Under the pieces are notes generated by a model. It saw only the letters and a list, made by a program, of their open reading frames with translations, was not told the DNA's origin and ran no database searches. A stretch of DNA of 64,000 bases from Octopus sinensis (taxonomy: Eukaryota): NCBI RefSeq assembly GCF_006345805.1, contig NC_043009.1, forward strand, positions 7,874,001-7,938,000, written 5' to 3'. The translations under genes and the position numbers were made by a program. This document shows, piece by piece, positions 1 through 12,933 of this stretch. Within the stretch, counting starts at the first letter, position 1, and the number at the start of each line of letters is the position of its first letter.

Positions 1-900
1 GACTGTATGATGCATGTGTGCGAACAGCCATGCTACATGGCAGTGAAACATGGGCCATGACTGCTGAAGACATGCGTAAGCTTGCAAGGATTGAAGCTAG
101 TATGCTCTGCTGGATGTGTAATGTCAGTGTGCATACACAGCAGAGTGTAAGCGTCCTGAGAGAAAAGTTGGACGTAGGAAGTATTAGATGTGGTGTGCAA
201 GAGAGACGACCACGTTGGTATGGTCACATGTTGCGTATGGATGAGGACAGCTGTGTGAAAAAGTGTCACACCTAGCAGTTGAGGGAACCTGTGGGAGAGG
301 TAGACCCAGGAAGACCTGAGATGAAGTGATGAAGCATGACCTCCGACTGTTGGGCCTCATTGAGGCGATGACACATGACCGAGACCTTTGGAGATTTGCT
401 GTACTTGAGAAGACCCGGCAAGCCAAGTGAGACTGTAACCGTGTCCTATGCAAGTGCAGTATAATCAGCCCATTTGAGAACATCCTTCAATCATTGGGCA
501 ATAAACTGCTCTTGCAATGACCTGTTGAGGCAAGTTAAGTCATCGTTGTGGTTGATGACAGTACTGCCTGATTGGCACCCATGTCAGTGGCACGTAAAAC
601 GCACAATTCGAGTATGGTCGTTGCCAGTGCTGCCTGAATGGATCCCATGCCAGTGGTATGTGAAAAGCACCATTCAAGTGTTGCCGATGCCAGTGCTGCC
701 CAACTGGCCCTTGTACTGGTGGCATGTAAAAAGCACCCACTACACTCTCAGAATGGTTGGTGTTAGGAAGGGCATCCAGCTGTAGAAACATTGTCAGATC
801 AGATTGGAGCCTGGTGCAGCTTTCAGGCTTGCCAGCCCTCAGTCAAACTGTCCAACCCATGCCAGCATGGAAAGTAGACATGAAACGATGATTATGATGA
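1..900 (+). mobile_element. RTE-clade LINE, 3' portion (ORF2 C-terminus, 3' UTR, (GAT)n tail)
   Basis: Translation AMLHGSETW...RWYGHMLRM...(frameshift) EGTCGRGRPRKT is the typical RTE ORF2 C-terminus, with stop at about 428-430. The UTR has three 'ggcacgtaaaaagcacc' repeats and ends ...ccatgccagcatggaaa...gatgattatgatga. Confidence 0.9.
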
Positions 901-904
901 CATA

Positions 905-1050
905 CAACAGGTTTCTTTCAGTTTCTATCTACCAAATCCACTAATGAAGTTTTGGTTGGTCCAAAGCTATAGAAGACATCTGCCCAAGGTGTCACACAGT
1001 AGGACGAACCCAGAACCATGTAATTAGAAAGCAGACTTCTTACCACACCT
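905..1050 (-). mobile_element. SINE family A (tRNA head + CORE-like), 5' fragment
   Basis: Reverse complement matches the head of the full-length copy at 20183-20601 (ccttgggcaagtgtctt motif). Confidence 0.75.
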
Positions 1051-1072
1051 TTATATTTACGAGTGTATGTAT

Positions 1073-1262
1073 ATCATCATCTTCATATAACATCTGTTTT
1101 TCATGCTGGCATTGAATAGTTTGACAGGAGCTGGCTAGGCAGAAGACTGCACCTAGCCGCAGTGTCTGTTTTGGCATAGTTTTTATGGCCAGGCGCCCTT
1201 CCTAACACCAACTACCCTGTGGAGTGGACTGAGTGCTTTTTATGTGGTATCAGAACTGGTGA
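1073..1262 (-). mobile_element. RTE 3' tail fragment
   Basis: (CAT)n followed by catgctggcat...gcccttcctaacac, antisense to the RTE 3' UTR at 760-900. Confidence 0.7.
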
Positions 1263-1267
1263 TCTAA

Positions 1268-2035
1268 GAGGCTGTGTCAAGGGGTGAACATGATCATGGA
1301 GATTGGCATGCTTGGGTTGTACAAACTTGATGGTACATTGCAGAGTCTTGTTGAAAGATGTATGATCTTCCATTGCATACTATGTCTACTCAAGGCTTCC
1401 CAACTTCTCCGCCTTTGTGTAGAGTGGCATTGACTCTTAAGCCCTGTGAAAAAAAAGTAAGGAGGTATGACATCTCCCTCATTGCTGATGACTCACATAA
1501 CCACTGCAATTGCTGGGAATTTAGCATGCATGACTGCTGGAATCTCATTTGAGTCTCTGCATAACCATCTGTTGTTCCTTCAGTTTACCTTTTGGTCCTG
1601 ATTAAAGTTTTTCTCATTGGAGAAAAGCCCAAAAGCATTCCAGCCTCTTGGTGTTTTAACTTGTTTAGCAAGCACTTTGCACAGATTGAATAATTCTCTC
1701 TTGTCCCATCTGACATAAACTGATTGACCTCTCTGCATCACCTCTTGTCCTAGTGCACAACTCTTTTGATGGTGCATTCTGAAACTTAGAGGTCCTTTAC
1801 AATGGCTCTGATTTTCCAAGGATTTTATCAATTATTTCTTGCACTTTTGGTACAGAGTTATGTGTTTTGACTTGGCTGTTGATCTTGGATCCTCATCAGC
1901 AGCTTTCTGCTCCTTTTCAACTTTGACAACGAAGGCTCAGGCAACTCTCTGGAACTGAGCTATCTCTGTATCACTATGCTGCACTTTTAATGCAACGATT
2001 ACAACATGCTTTTTTATTTACTGAGTCAACCTGAT
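1268..2035 (-). pseudogene. Decayed Tc1/mariner transposase, DD37D (maT)-like
   Basis: The minus strand reads HVVIVALK..EIAQF, FSNEKNFNQDQKVN..NRWLC, MHAKFPA..VISNEGDVIPPYFF.QGLRVNA and YIFQQDSA, with stops and frameshifts. These are motifs of maT-type transposases. Confidence 0.8.
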
Positions 2036-2854
2036 GTTTGATATTTATATGAAAAGTAAAGCAAAAATAATTAAGAATTTAGAGCTCTTGAGAGCGACAT
2101 CCTCAAAGAACTGGCACACCATTTATATTGCTGTCTGTGCTTGTGTATCTATGAAAGTTATCATTTTTGCTTCTCACATGAGCTTGTCTGAGAGAAAAAC
2201 TAAATGTTTTTATATTTGCATTCCTGGTGGACTATATATCCCATGGCTCTGTTCTCCTGAAGTAGTGGAATAAAAAAAATCCCATGGTAAAACAGGTAAG
2301 AATTGGCAACAAGAAAAGTGTACCTGTCCTATATTTGCCAGCATTGAAAAAGGACTTTCAAAATATGGATAAACATATATAGAAGCAAATATGACCATGT
2401 GGTTAAGAAGTTTGCTTTGGATCCATGTGGTTAATGATTCATTTCCATTGTATGGATACTATTGGCTGGTGTCTTTTATTGTAGCTATGGTTTGACCATT
2501 GCCTTACTAGCTAAATTTGACCAATGGACGCTGTAATAAACTTGTATATGTGCATATATCTTCGTAGTTGCATGCTAATTGTAAGCAATTACCACCATAC
2601 ATCATAGTTTACAATTCTCCAGGAAAGCATATTCAGCCAGTGAGCTGTTTGTTGCTTGATGAATTAAGAAGCATTACCTTATTTAGAAACAAGTTAGAAT
2701 TGATGACAGGATGTGCATTAGGCTGTCGAAAATCCTGCCTAAAGTTTGACCCATTGCAAGCATGGAAAAGTGGATGTTTATTTATTCTATGACTCCAAAA
2801 ATATGAAAAATCCATAAGAAAATTGCCTTATATACATTCTTCTGATTCTAAAAT

Positions 2855-3300
2855 TATTGATTGGAAAGGGATATATGAAAGATTAATTAGTTCATATGAT
2901 TTTTTACAATACAAGGGGAATAACAAGCATCCATATGTCAAAATATTTTCTATGTTACAAATTATCAGAATAAATATGTGGTTTTCATAACTTGGTGTTC
3001 TACCACAGCTTGCTATTAGTTTGAGAAATTATTTCAGTGAAATCCTTCCAAGAAGGTAGGTCAGAAAATGAGGCCCAGTTGAATGGCTACCTAGGTTTCC
3101 AGGCCATGACACCCTTTGATTTTTCTCTTGAAAGGGCCATGCGAAATCAATACTCTGTATGAATTAACTTAGAACTATCAATGCATTAAAAGAGGCAATC
3201 ATATCTACTAATGATAATGAGTTGAGATACCCTATGAAAGGTTCAAATGTCATGGGAGCATAAAATGCTTCAGTGTTAAAAACCTTCAACTAATTCAAGC
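2855..3300 (+). pseudogene. Highly decayed Tc1/mariner transposase C-terminal part (DD41D/rosa-like)
   Basis: NMWF..G..P (degenerate MWFQQDGAPxH), followed by ggcccagttgaatggctacctagg...acaccctttgattttt, a degenerate GPVEWPPRSPDLTPxDF. Many stops. Confidence 0.55.
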
Positions 3301-3407
3301 ATCTGTTGTAATTTCAGACTTTAAAAAACAATGGTTTTCTTTCTATGGATACAGATTTTGGGCTACTCTGTGTGTGTATGATATAATGTGAGTGTGTGGT
3401 TAAGAAA

Positions 3408-3810
3408 AGGCATGGCTATATGTTTAAGAAGCTCGCTCTGCAGCCAAGTCGGTTTCAGCTTCAGTCCAAATGTGTGGCACCTTGGGCAAGTGTCCTCTAC
3501 TGTTGCCCTGGCCCAACCAGTGCCTTGTGTTGAATTTTGTTGATGAAAACAGTATGGAAGCCCAACATATGTGCATGTGTGTGTCTGTCTGTCTCTGTTT
3601 GTCCCTCGCCACTGTTTGATAACTGGTGTTTGTTTGTTCATGTTCCTGTAACTTAATGGTTCAGGAATAAAAGATTGATAGAATAAGTGCCAGACTTTGG
3701 AAAAACAGTCCTGGATCGATTTGTTTGCTTAAACTCTTCAAAGCAGTACCCCTGTGTGGCCACAGTCTAATGAAGGAACAAGTAAATGAGGAAACAAATA
3801 AATAAAAGAT
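3408..3810 (+). mobile_element. SINE family A, diverged full-length copy
   Basis: tRNA-like head, ccttgggcaagtgtcc, internal GT microsatellite, gatagaataagtgcc, tail region ...aaacaagtaaa. Confidence 0.8.
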
Positions 3811-4753
3811 AAACGATATACATACACACATAAATAATTTGGGGTGGGACCAGATTTTCTATGTAAGATATAATTATCTTCTTCCTGTTGATAATTTTCT
3901 AGCAACAGAGACAAATGTGTCTCTCATTTCATAAACAGTATCAGCTAACAACTTTAGAGCGGCTGTGTTTCTTAGAAGTTACAATATAGCTAACACAAAG
4001 GAAATGAAAGCAATTGCCCCCACCACAATTATTATGCAAGCTAAACCTTGTATTATCTTCTCCCTTATTCTGTTTAAATTATGATGAGGGATTATCACTG
4101 GCTTTAAACTCTGCTTTTTATTTTATAAAAAGATCCTTCTTAGCAGGATTAAATTCCATGTGATATTTTGTAATGTTTAAGAATGGAAGACGCAGTGACC
4201 GGCCGTTAGATAGATTCTTTAACTCTGAGATCATTCTCTGTTTCTGCCTCAATGCTGATGTTGGCATTGTTGTTGTTATTTAGTCTCCAGCTCATCCCTG
4301 CTTCAGCAGACGTTTTAGTAAAAGTAGTTTTCCAACCATGACTATAATATCATTTTCTGTTTTGTACAGATGTAGTGTTCCTATTATTAAATATATCCTT
4401 CCTTGTTGTTTAGCCCCAGGTTGGCACTGATTGAGTAGTCCTATTTCTAAAAGTGTTCCAGTTGTCATCATTCCATCATCTACAGCCCCACCCCCACTTA
4501 TGAGATATAACACATCTAAGACTACATTAATCCCTGTTTCTTTCCTTATTATTTTGCCCCAGAGTCAGCCTTGATTGAGTAGACTTATAATCAAAAGAAT
4601 TCCACTGATGACCATTCTTTGTTTGTGTATGTCTTAGATGAATTTCCCAATCTGCCACCCCCTTTTTTTTAAAGTGAAAATCTATGCCATTTTGTACTAC
4701 CAGAAAAATATTTTAACTAATTTACAACTGTTTTCACTAAAAAGAAACCATAC

Positions 4754-4976
4754 CTCTTATATCCATGGTAAAACTTTCTCCTGAAGTAACTGTATAGTGA
4801 GAAATCATATCCTTGTGATCTCTGTGATAGGATTTTCATTCAGAGTAATAGATTCTCTCACAGAGGTTTCGACATAGGTGAGCGACTCCAAGCTCCGTTA
4901 TAGTAAAAGTTTGTCATAAATAGATACCACAGTACCAAGAAAATCTCATCTTTGATCTGTGGACAGATTTTTACTA
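4754..4976 (-). other. Candidate exon (5' UTR plus short coding start MISHYTVTSGESFTMDIR, or non-coding)
   Basis: Unique sequence bounded by a T12-AG acceptor (TAGTAG tandem) and an AG|GTATGG donor. No frame is fully open; the ATG at 4808 is open to the donor. Confidence 0.3.
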
Positions 4977-5499
4977 CTAAAAAAAAAAAACTTTGAAAGA
5001 ATTTTGGACAGCATAATTTACATACTTACAAAAAGTGAGCTAAAGGAAATAATTCTAGTGGATCAATGATATAGATTTGGGTATTTCAGATAGGCAGAGC
5101 AGTATTGAATGATGTATGCCAAACATTATAAATGTATTATATCGATAGGTGCAGACATAGCTGTGTGGTTGAGAAGTTTGTTTTCCAGCCACATGATTCA
5201 GTCCCGTTGTGCAGCACATTAGGCAAGTGTTTTCTACAAGGGCCCTGGGCTGGCCAAAGCTTTGCAAATGGATTTGGTAGACAAACTGAAAGTTTATATA
5301 TAATTTAAAGATCCAATAGAGGTAGAATCAACAAAAAAAAGTACTCCATCCAGTGAGAGACAAATATCAATTTAAATACACAACTGATAAAGCTATTAAG
5401 TTTCATGCTTTTATGATACTTGAACAGGCATATTACAAAATACACCACATATCTTAAAGCAATCAAAATTTGTATATATATGTATATATATATCCTGCT

Positions 5500-5853
5500 G
5501 TGCTTACCTTGGACCGTAGGGCAACATGCTGTGCTTGAGAAGATCTATTGAGTCAAGTATATCAACTTCAAAATAAAAATCAAATGGAAATTGTAGTTGT
5601 GATACCTGTGCCGATGGCATGTAAAAAGCACTATCTGAATGTGGCCAATGCCAGCGCCGCCTTGACTGGCTTCCATGCTGGTGGCACGTAAAAAGCACCC
5701 ACTACACTCACTGAGTGGTTGGCGTTAGGAAGGGCATCCAACTGTAGAAACACTGCCAGATCAGACTGAAGCCTGGTGCAGCCTCTTGGCTTTCCAGACC
5801 CCAGTCGAACTGTCCAACCCATGTTAACATGGAAAATGGACGTTAAATGATGA

Positions 5854-5857
<4 letters not shown>
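5500..5857 (+). mobile_element. RTE 3' UTR/tail fragment followed by (TA)n
   Basis: Same UTR as 430-900, with a tgatgatgat tail. Confidence 0.85.
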
Positions 5858-5892
<35 letters not shown>

Positions 5893-6138
5893 GTGTTTGT
5901 GTCTCTGTCTCAACATTGCATGAGAGCTATTAATGAGTGTCAGTCATACAAGCAATGTTATTGCACAAAACCTGTTTTGTCATGCAATCTAGACCTCTCA
6001 CATCAAGTCTTCATTACTCCATGAATAAAGACTTTGAAAGTATCCCCCAAATGGATTATGCCAATCTTGTCTCCTTCAGTGGCACTAAAATACACTCACT
6101 ATACACATCAATATGACTGTATCCTTCTGTCCCTGTTC

Positions 6139-6534
6139 ACTCTCTTTTACTCTTTTCAGTCATTTGACTGTGGCCATGCTGGAGCACCACCTTTTAGTCG
6201 AGCAAATTGACCCCAGGACTTATTCTTTGGAAGCCTAGTACTTATTCTATCGGTCTCTTTTTGCCGAACTGCTAAGTTACGGGTACATAAACACACCAGC
6301 ATCGATTGTCAAACGATGTTGGGGGGGAGGGGGGCAAACACAGATACATACATACATACATACATATATACGACAGGCTTCTTTCAGTTTCCATCTACCA
6401 AATCCACTCACAAGGCTTTGGTCGATTTGAGGCTATAGTGGAAGACACTTGCCCAAGGTTCCATGCTGTGGGACTGAACCTAGAACCATGTGGTTGGTAA
6501 GCAAGCTACTTACCACACAGCCACTCCTACGCCT
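6139..6534 (-). mobile_element. SINE family A, full-length
   Basis: Antisense of 20183-20601, including the (CTCTTTTA)n tail and the head gcctacgcc. Confidence 0.9.
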
Positions 6535-7315
6535 ACACATGAACAACACACAAATGGAACTCACAGGGTCCATTACAAATACAAAGTCGTACCACTGCAG
6601 TGTGAATCTGTTTTTGCAAATGCACTTCAAGATAAGCAAAGACTGCATTACAGAAGTGGCATTTCTCTTCAGTGCTTAACATTTACTGTCTACTAGCCCC
6701 TAACTCCATACAAAGCTCAGGTGAGACCTGTAATGAAATACTGCACCCATGTTTGAAATGGTACTGTTACTCCACACCTTCAATATCCTAGACTGCATTC
6801 CAAAACAAAAATAATAAAAAAAAACATTTGACTGATTGGCATGAAGTCACTTTTTTAAGACGTTAGAGTGTGATTTGAACGAGATTTTGGTTGCTAATTC
6901 TAGCCTTTAATTTATGCAGACTTAATGATGCCATAAATAAAATTTACTTTACAGTCATTTGTGCTTCATTAATTAATTAGTGATTAATTAATGTAGAATA
7001 ACAAAAGTAGTATGTTTGTTGCAAATCGTGTATCAGTCCACTTTTACAGTGTCAACATTTTTGTTGCTTCTTTGTCCTCGATTCAAAAGTTATGGTTGTC
7101 TGACTTGGCCTTTTCTTCCATCTATATTGTCAATAAATATATTCTGAACCCACGTCCTTTACAAAATGTCATCTCATACTGGCATTTGATTGTAAGTCTG
7201 TAGCCACATGACAGTTTTGTTTCCATAAACAAGTCTACAGGAATTGATAAAGTTAATTTACATAGCGGAAGAATTTATAAATGTTTTGAATGAAATGGAA
7301 CACATCACCACGTAA

Positions 7316-7485
7316 TCATCATCATCATCATTTAATGTCCGTTTTCCGTGCTAGCACGGGTTGGACGGTTCGACCAGGGTCTGGGAAGCCAGGAGGCTGC
7401 ACCAGGCTCCAGTCTGACCTGGCAGTGTTTCTACAGCTGGATGCTCTTCTTAATGCCAACCACTCCGTGAGTGTAGTGAGTGCTT
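7316..7485 (-). mobile_element. RTE 3' tail fragment
   Basis: (CAT)n followed by aatgtccgttttccgtgctagc...ctacagctggatgc. Confidence 0.85.
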
Positions 7486-8361
7486 ACGGAGTGGTTGGCT
7501 GTCCACTGTCCAAAGCATTTTCATAAGTTTGCCCTGAATGTCCATGCTTGTTTTCAGACTTTTAGTTAACCCTTGTCTCATACATTCTGCATAATATAAA
7601 GCTTTCCTTTCAGAAGTCCCAAGTTACTTAATCAGTTGAAAAAAAAATTGGGAATGCATATCATATATGATGCTTGGATGACAGGAAAATATGTCTTTGG
7701 TGTCACATGTGATACACAGGACAGGCTAAGGATTAAATAATAAACTTGTAAGAATGCCACATTAAATAGGGATTTCAGGGTATAGTTTGCAATAGAGAAG
7801 TTTGGTTTATAAGGATATAAAAAGACATTCTTTCATTCAACATATACACAACTTTCTTTTTCTCTTTCACTGATGAAAACTAAACATACAAAATACTAAT
7901 TAATGTCTGAAGCAATTTTAATTACACATTAATTTTAATATCAATTATACATTGTGTAGTTCCCAGTTTATTTAGATACATAACTGTATGCATATTTCCA
8001 AAACTCATATGATTATTTTGAAGCAGTACCCATCATCTTCATAGCATAATCACTATTTTAAAGGTACCATATTGTATCTATTGTTATCTATATATATATG
8101 GTGGAATTCAACTCATGACCGAGTAAGACCACTTCCTAAACTCATTAAGTCTGTGCAAATGTTCCAAGAATCCAAGAAGTTCCTGTGCATGAATTTTTTT
8201 CGAGCAGATGAAATATTTCACAGCACTGAACCCATTTTTCAGGACAATCAGCTATTAAAAGCAGAAGCACAACAGTGTTTGAGATAGCCAGAAACCAACT
8301 GCACTTTAAGTTGGGATTTTTTTATTATTTAGTTTACCTTCTCCTAGAAGAAAGTTCTAAT

Positions 8362-8621
8362 GCAAAGTAGGGGCACCCATACAGTCACCCACACATACCA
8401 GCCTCTCCTCTCCATGCCACAAATGATATCCAAGGGAAAAGCAAAGGCTGATACAGCTTGGCACCAGCAATGTCACAATTCCTTTCTACAGCTGAGTGAA
8501 CTAGAGCAATGTGAAATAAAGTGTCTTGCTCAAGAACACAACACAGCCTGGTCCAGGAAATGAATTCACTATCTCATGATAGTGAGCCTGGTGCTCTAAC
8601 CACTGAGCCATGCACCTTCAC
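8362..8621 (-). mobile_element. SINE family B (tRNA head, cttgagcaagacacttt core)
   Basis: Matches the copies at 24566-24907 (-) and 36885-37205 (+); A-box-like tggctcagtggttagag. Confidence 0.8.
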
Positions 8622-8735
8622 ACTGTTGTTGGTAGATAGGTAGGTAGAGAAAAATATTTGTTTTTACGTCCAGTTATGATAGAAGTAATTTAACATGAAA
8701 CATAAGGATTACTTAATACTTTCATAGAATGCACA

Positions 8736-8784
8736 CAGACCGTCTGATGATGGCTTAGCTGGCCAAAACTTCAGAGTCACACTC
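8736..8784 (+). ncRNA. Decayed type I hammerhead ribozyme relic (Penelope-like element end)
   Basis: CTGATGA, stem II (ggct..ggcc), [A]AAAC (GAAA lost by CpG decay), stem III ACT-TCAG-AGT, GTC cleavage triplet. Stem I is eroded. Confidence 0.5.
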
Positions 8785-9239
8785 AATATTATTCTTGTTA
8801 CAGAATAAGATATATTTGTGTGTGTCTCTGTGTGTACACAATTTACAATTCCTTAAAAAAATTATAATTTAATGAATGAATTTCAGTGTGCGTAATTCAG
8901 TAAAAGGTTACTATTTTGATGTTAGTAACTATATCCACTGCCTTTCAAATTTAATGTAGTTGTCATGAAAGCAGAATTTGTTCTACTTCCTGCTGTCATT
9001 ACAAATGTGTGCTTTCCAGAGGATGTGATAGGAGGAGGAAGAAAAAGCTGTTGGTGCAGTTTTTTTTTCTCCCTCCAGCTGTTGCATCCTCATTGTTGCC
9101 CTGGGCCGAGAGTGTGTTTATGTCTACTTGAAGCTACATAAACACTTAAAAGAATTAGTGAAAGCATGATCAGAGCTGTCTCAGCCACATTTTAGGCTAC
9201 TGAACAAATCAGTACACTGGCCCCTATAGTTAGTCCACA

Positions 9240-9465
9240 TTACCCCATAAGCATCATAGGGCTGGTTTCTCTGGCATATATATTCCTCCCCAAATGGACA
9301 CCAGTCTATCACAGGATTACTAATTTTTACCAGCTGAGTGGACGGGAGCAATGTGAGATGAAGTGTTTTTGCTAAAGAACACAGTGCGTTGTCTGGTCCT
9401 GGAACTGAAACCGCTATCTTACAATTGAGAGTCCAACACTCTAACCACTAAGCCATGTGTCTCCC
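9240..9465 (-). mobile_element. tRNA-headed SINE with V/Meta-like 3' module
   Basis: Head tggcttagtggttagag; cctgtgatagactggtgtcc motif shared with 62887-63186. Confidence 0.7.
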
Positions 9466-9494
9466 ATGTAGAGCCCTATGATATTTATTATTAC

Positions 9495-9726
9495 GGCGGT
9501 GAGCTGGCAGAATCGTTAGCACGCCAGGCGAAATGCATAGGTGTATTTCGTCTGCCGTTACGTTCTGAGTTCAAATTCCACCGAGGTCGACTTTGCCTTT
9601 CATCCTTTCGGGGTCGATAAATTAAGTACCAGTTACGCACTGGGGTCGATATAATCGACTTAATCCGTTTGTCTGTCCTTGTTTGTCCTCTCTCTGTTTA
9701 GCCCCTTGTGGGTAGTAAAGAAATAG
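9495..9726 (+). mobile_element. Nin/Deu-domain SINE, young copy with TSD
   Basis: A box ggcagaatcgttag, B box gagttcaaattcc, Nin-type gaggtcgactttgcctttcatcctttcggggtcgataaa..agtaccag. Flanked by a gatatttatt direct repeat; CpGs retained. Confidence 0.85.
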
Positions 9727-9921
9727 ATATTTATTGATAGCAACCTGCAGTATACATAGACCTGAACTGGGCCTCTAAAACTCTGAGGACCACTGTTCTC
9801 ATTGTCTTAAGTGTGGCACTGAGCATGAATCATGCTGCCTAGTTATGCTCGAGAGTAATGATGGCTACAGTTATGTTTGATTACAAGCATAGAAAACCTA
9901 ATGAACTATGTTTTTTTTTAG

Positions 9922-10087
9922 TCAAACATATGTTTTTATGCATGTCTATATCACAGGGGTTCATAAATGATGCATTGCAGCAGATTGTATGCTGCAGAGG
10001 TTATCTAAATATGTTCTCAGGCTTTAGAAAATTTGTATTAATACTTGAGCTTCGTGAAATGTCTGTTCATAATTTTGTTATATGGAA
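9922..10087 (+). CDS. Candidate internal exon of unnamed + strand gene (phase 1 to 2)
   Basis: T-rich AG acceptor, open frame KHMFLCMSISQGF...NFVIW, aa|gtatga donor; phase joins 14900. Confidence 0.25.
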
Positions 10088-11251
10088 GTATGATCAATAA
10101 GGCAAAGTAAGCAATAGTTTTATATGTTCTGATTTTTTTGCTAATTTTCAACAATAAAACGGTTTTGTTTAATTTTCCATGTGATAATTTTTTTTGATAT
10201 CCATTGCTCTTGTAATTTTTGTCATTTCATCTGTGAGCCATAAAGTCTTTTGATTGCAAACCACAGGTTGTGTGTGTGTGTTTTAATGTCCATATTTCCA
10301 AACTTGCATAGATCAGTTAGAATTCATTGAAGCAGGTTTTTCTATGGCCAGATGCCCTTCCTGTCACCAACCCTCACCTGTTTCCAAACAAAGTAGAAGT
10401 GTTTCCTCATGGAAATACTATCCAGGCATGTTTTCACTGAAGATTAAAAATGAACAACACTGCTTGTATGACAGTGGCACTTAATACTATCATGTGATGT
10501 CAAGACAAGAGACAAACACGTGTGCACGCACACACACACACACACACACACGTACTGTATTTTATGGCAAGGAAGATGTACCCTGATTTTGGGACTATAA
10601 TTCTAGGAAAATACATCTTGATTTTAAGGTGATGAGATATGGTTTAAGGGGAATTTGGCAGCTATCTTTAGCAGATTGAGTGACCTACTGTCTTAACTGA
10701 AGTGGTTCTACAAGAAATTTTCTTTTTGTTTTGAAGTTTAGGAGATTATTTATATGTAAGTGGAATGTGAGGATAATGATGATAGACAGGTGATTGCTTT
10801 CCATATTGGTGATTGTGTTTAGTCCCAGATCAGTCTTGATTGAGCAGATTTATGACCAAAGGCATTCCATTACTGACCATTCCACTTTTTTTTAAGGGAA
10901 TCTAGGACTATGTTGTCTAATGTGTCCTATTAATCAAGAAAGTGGGTTATAATTTGGAGATTTGGTTGCTATTTCTAGCAGTTTGAATGACCACATAGAT
11001 GCTCCTTTATTTGACTTGTTTATTGTGTGGGTATGGTAGCTAAGTGTATAAAAGAGGAAGTAGTATATTGCAAACAGTTATTGTTGTTAACTTGTCGATG
11101 TTTTGTTTAAAATGTAAGAGCAGGGTGTCTATTATATTGTTTTTTTTTGCCAGGAATATGTGGTATGCAATGAGGTCCTTTTTTAATTATAGCATATGTG
11201 TTGTGTATTGAGATCTTGTAGTTTAGGGAGTAACTTATCGGACAGCTAGTG

Positions 11252-12319
11252 TGATTGAGGGTGATGTCAGCATCCCATAGAAGTGGGAGTGTCTGTGCAC
11301 AGTCACTCTACCTGATAAAGTTAGTAAATGTTCCTTCATCTGCAAGTTATTTCCTACTCGGTCTGATTTGGTAAAAACCACTGAAAAATTTAAATAAGAG
11401 AATGGTTGTGGCTAGAACATATGTTAAAGAGCGAAACATTGGCATTGAAAAATGCAAGCAGTGTGTGTGCACGCGCACGTGTGTATGTCTGTATTTTAAA
11501 GTAATGAAATTCCTATATTTCAATAGCAGCATGCTTTCTAGCTTTCTACTAATTGCATGGATAATCTCAGTTAATTGGTGTTTTTCAATTCCCTATATTA
11601 CATTATATGATTCTAGTGTATATGTAAGTATATTATATGGTTGAAACTTGCTTGTGTGTGTTTGCATGGTTGTATGTTTTTCATTTTTGCATGCAAGTGT
11701 GCGGCAAAATTCATCTGCATACAATGAAGTATGTGCATGTGCAAGTATGTTGCCACTGACAACCATTTCAGTGGGCAACATTATTGATTTCTAACATAGG
11801 CACAAGGCTTCAGATATCTAGGAAAAGATGTAAGTTGATTGTAGAACTTGATTGGTACTTATTTTATTGAACTGAAAGAATGAAAGGCAAAGTCGACCTT
11901 GGTGAAACACAAATCAATGCAGTTAGATGTAACAAAGCATTTTCTCTGTCATTCTATCAATTTTGCCTGTCCACTACCCTAGAGATACCCCAATATTTAC
12001 AGAGGAAGCCTTCAGATCATATCCTCTTCAGATCGTACCCTAGCAGAAGAGTAGGTTTCTCTGCAATATATTAAGAAAATACAGAATGGTCACAGCTGAA
12101 ATTCTTTTCATCATGGACTTTATCAGTCAGGGCTGACCTGTAACCATCAGTGACTACTGTAAGGTCATCATCAGTGACAGTCGTATTGTATTGTGTGTGT
12201 GTGTGTGTGTTTACCTTTTACTTGTTTCAGTCATTATAGATTGCAGCCATACTAAGGCACCATCTTGAAGAATTGTTAGTCAAATGAATTGACTTTAGTA
12301 TTTATTTTTTTTTAAAGTC

Positions 12320-12357
<38 letters not shown>

Positions 12358-12933
12358 TTGCATTTTTCAATGTCAGTGTTTTGCTCTTTGACAGATGTTC
12401 TAGCCATGACCATACTCTTTTACTCTTTTACTTGTTTCAGTCATTTGACTGCAGCCATGAGCAAATCGACTCCAGGACTTCCTCTTTGTAAGCCTAGTAC
12501 TTATTCTATCGGTCTCTTTTGCCGAACTGCTAAGTTACAGGGACGTAAACACACCAGCATCAGTTGTCAAGCAATGTTGGGGGGTGGTCAAACACAAACA
12601 CACACACACATATATATATACATATATACGACAGGCGTCTTTCAGTTTCCATCTACCAAATCCACTTACAAGGCTTTGGTCGGCCCAAGGCTATAGTAGA
12701 AGACACTTGCCCAAGGTGCCATGCAGTGGGACTGAACCTGCAACCATGTGGTTGGTAAGCAAGCTACTTACCACACAGCCACTCCTGCGCCTATTTAAAT
12801 TTTTCAGTGGTTTTTACCAAACCAGACCAAGTAGGAAATAATTTGCAGATGAAAGTTATTTGTTAATTTTATCAGGTAGAGACTGTGCTCAGACACTTTC
12901 ACTTCAATGGGATATTGACAACACTCTCAATCA
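11252..12933. repeat. Inverted duplication, arms about 220 bp (11252-11469 and 12345-12933, the right arm split by a SINE)
   Basis: ggtctgatttggtaaaaaccactgaaaaatttaaata versus tatttaaatttttcagtggtttttaccaaaccagacc. The ORF track shows the same peptide on both strands. Confidence 0.9.
12417..12792 (-). mobile_element. SINE family A inserted into the right arm of the inverted duplication
   Basis: Near full-length antisense copy; the arm sequence resumes on both sides. Confidence 0.9.
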
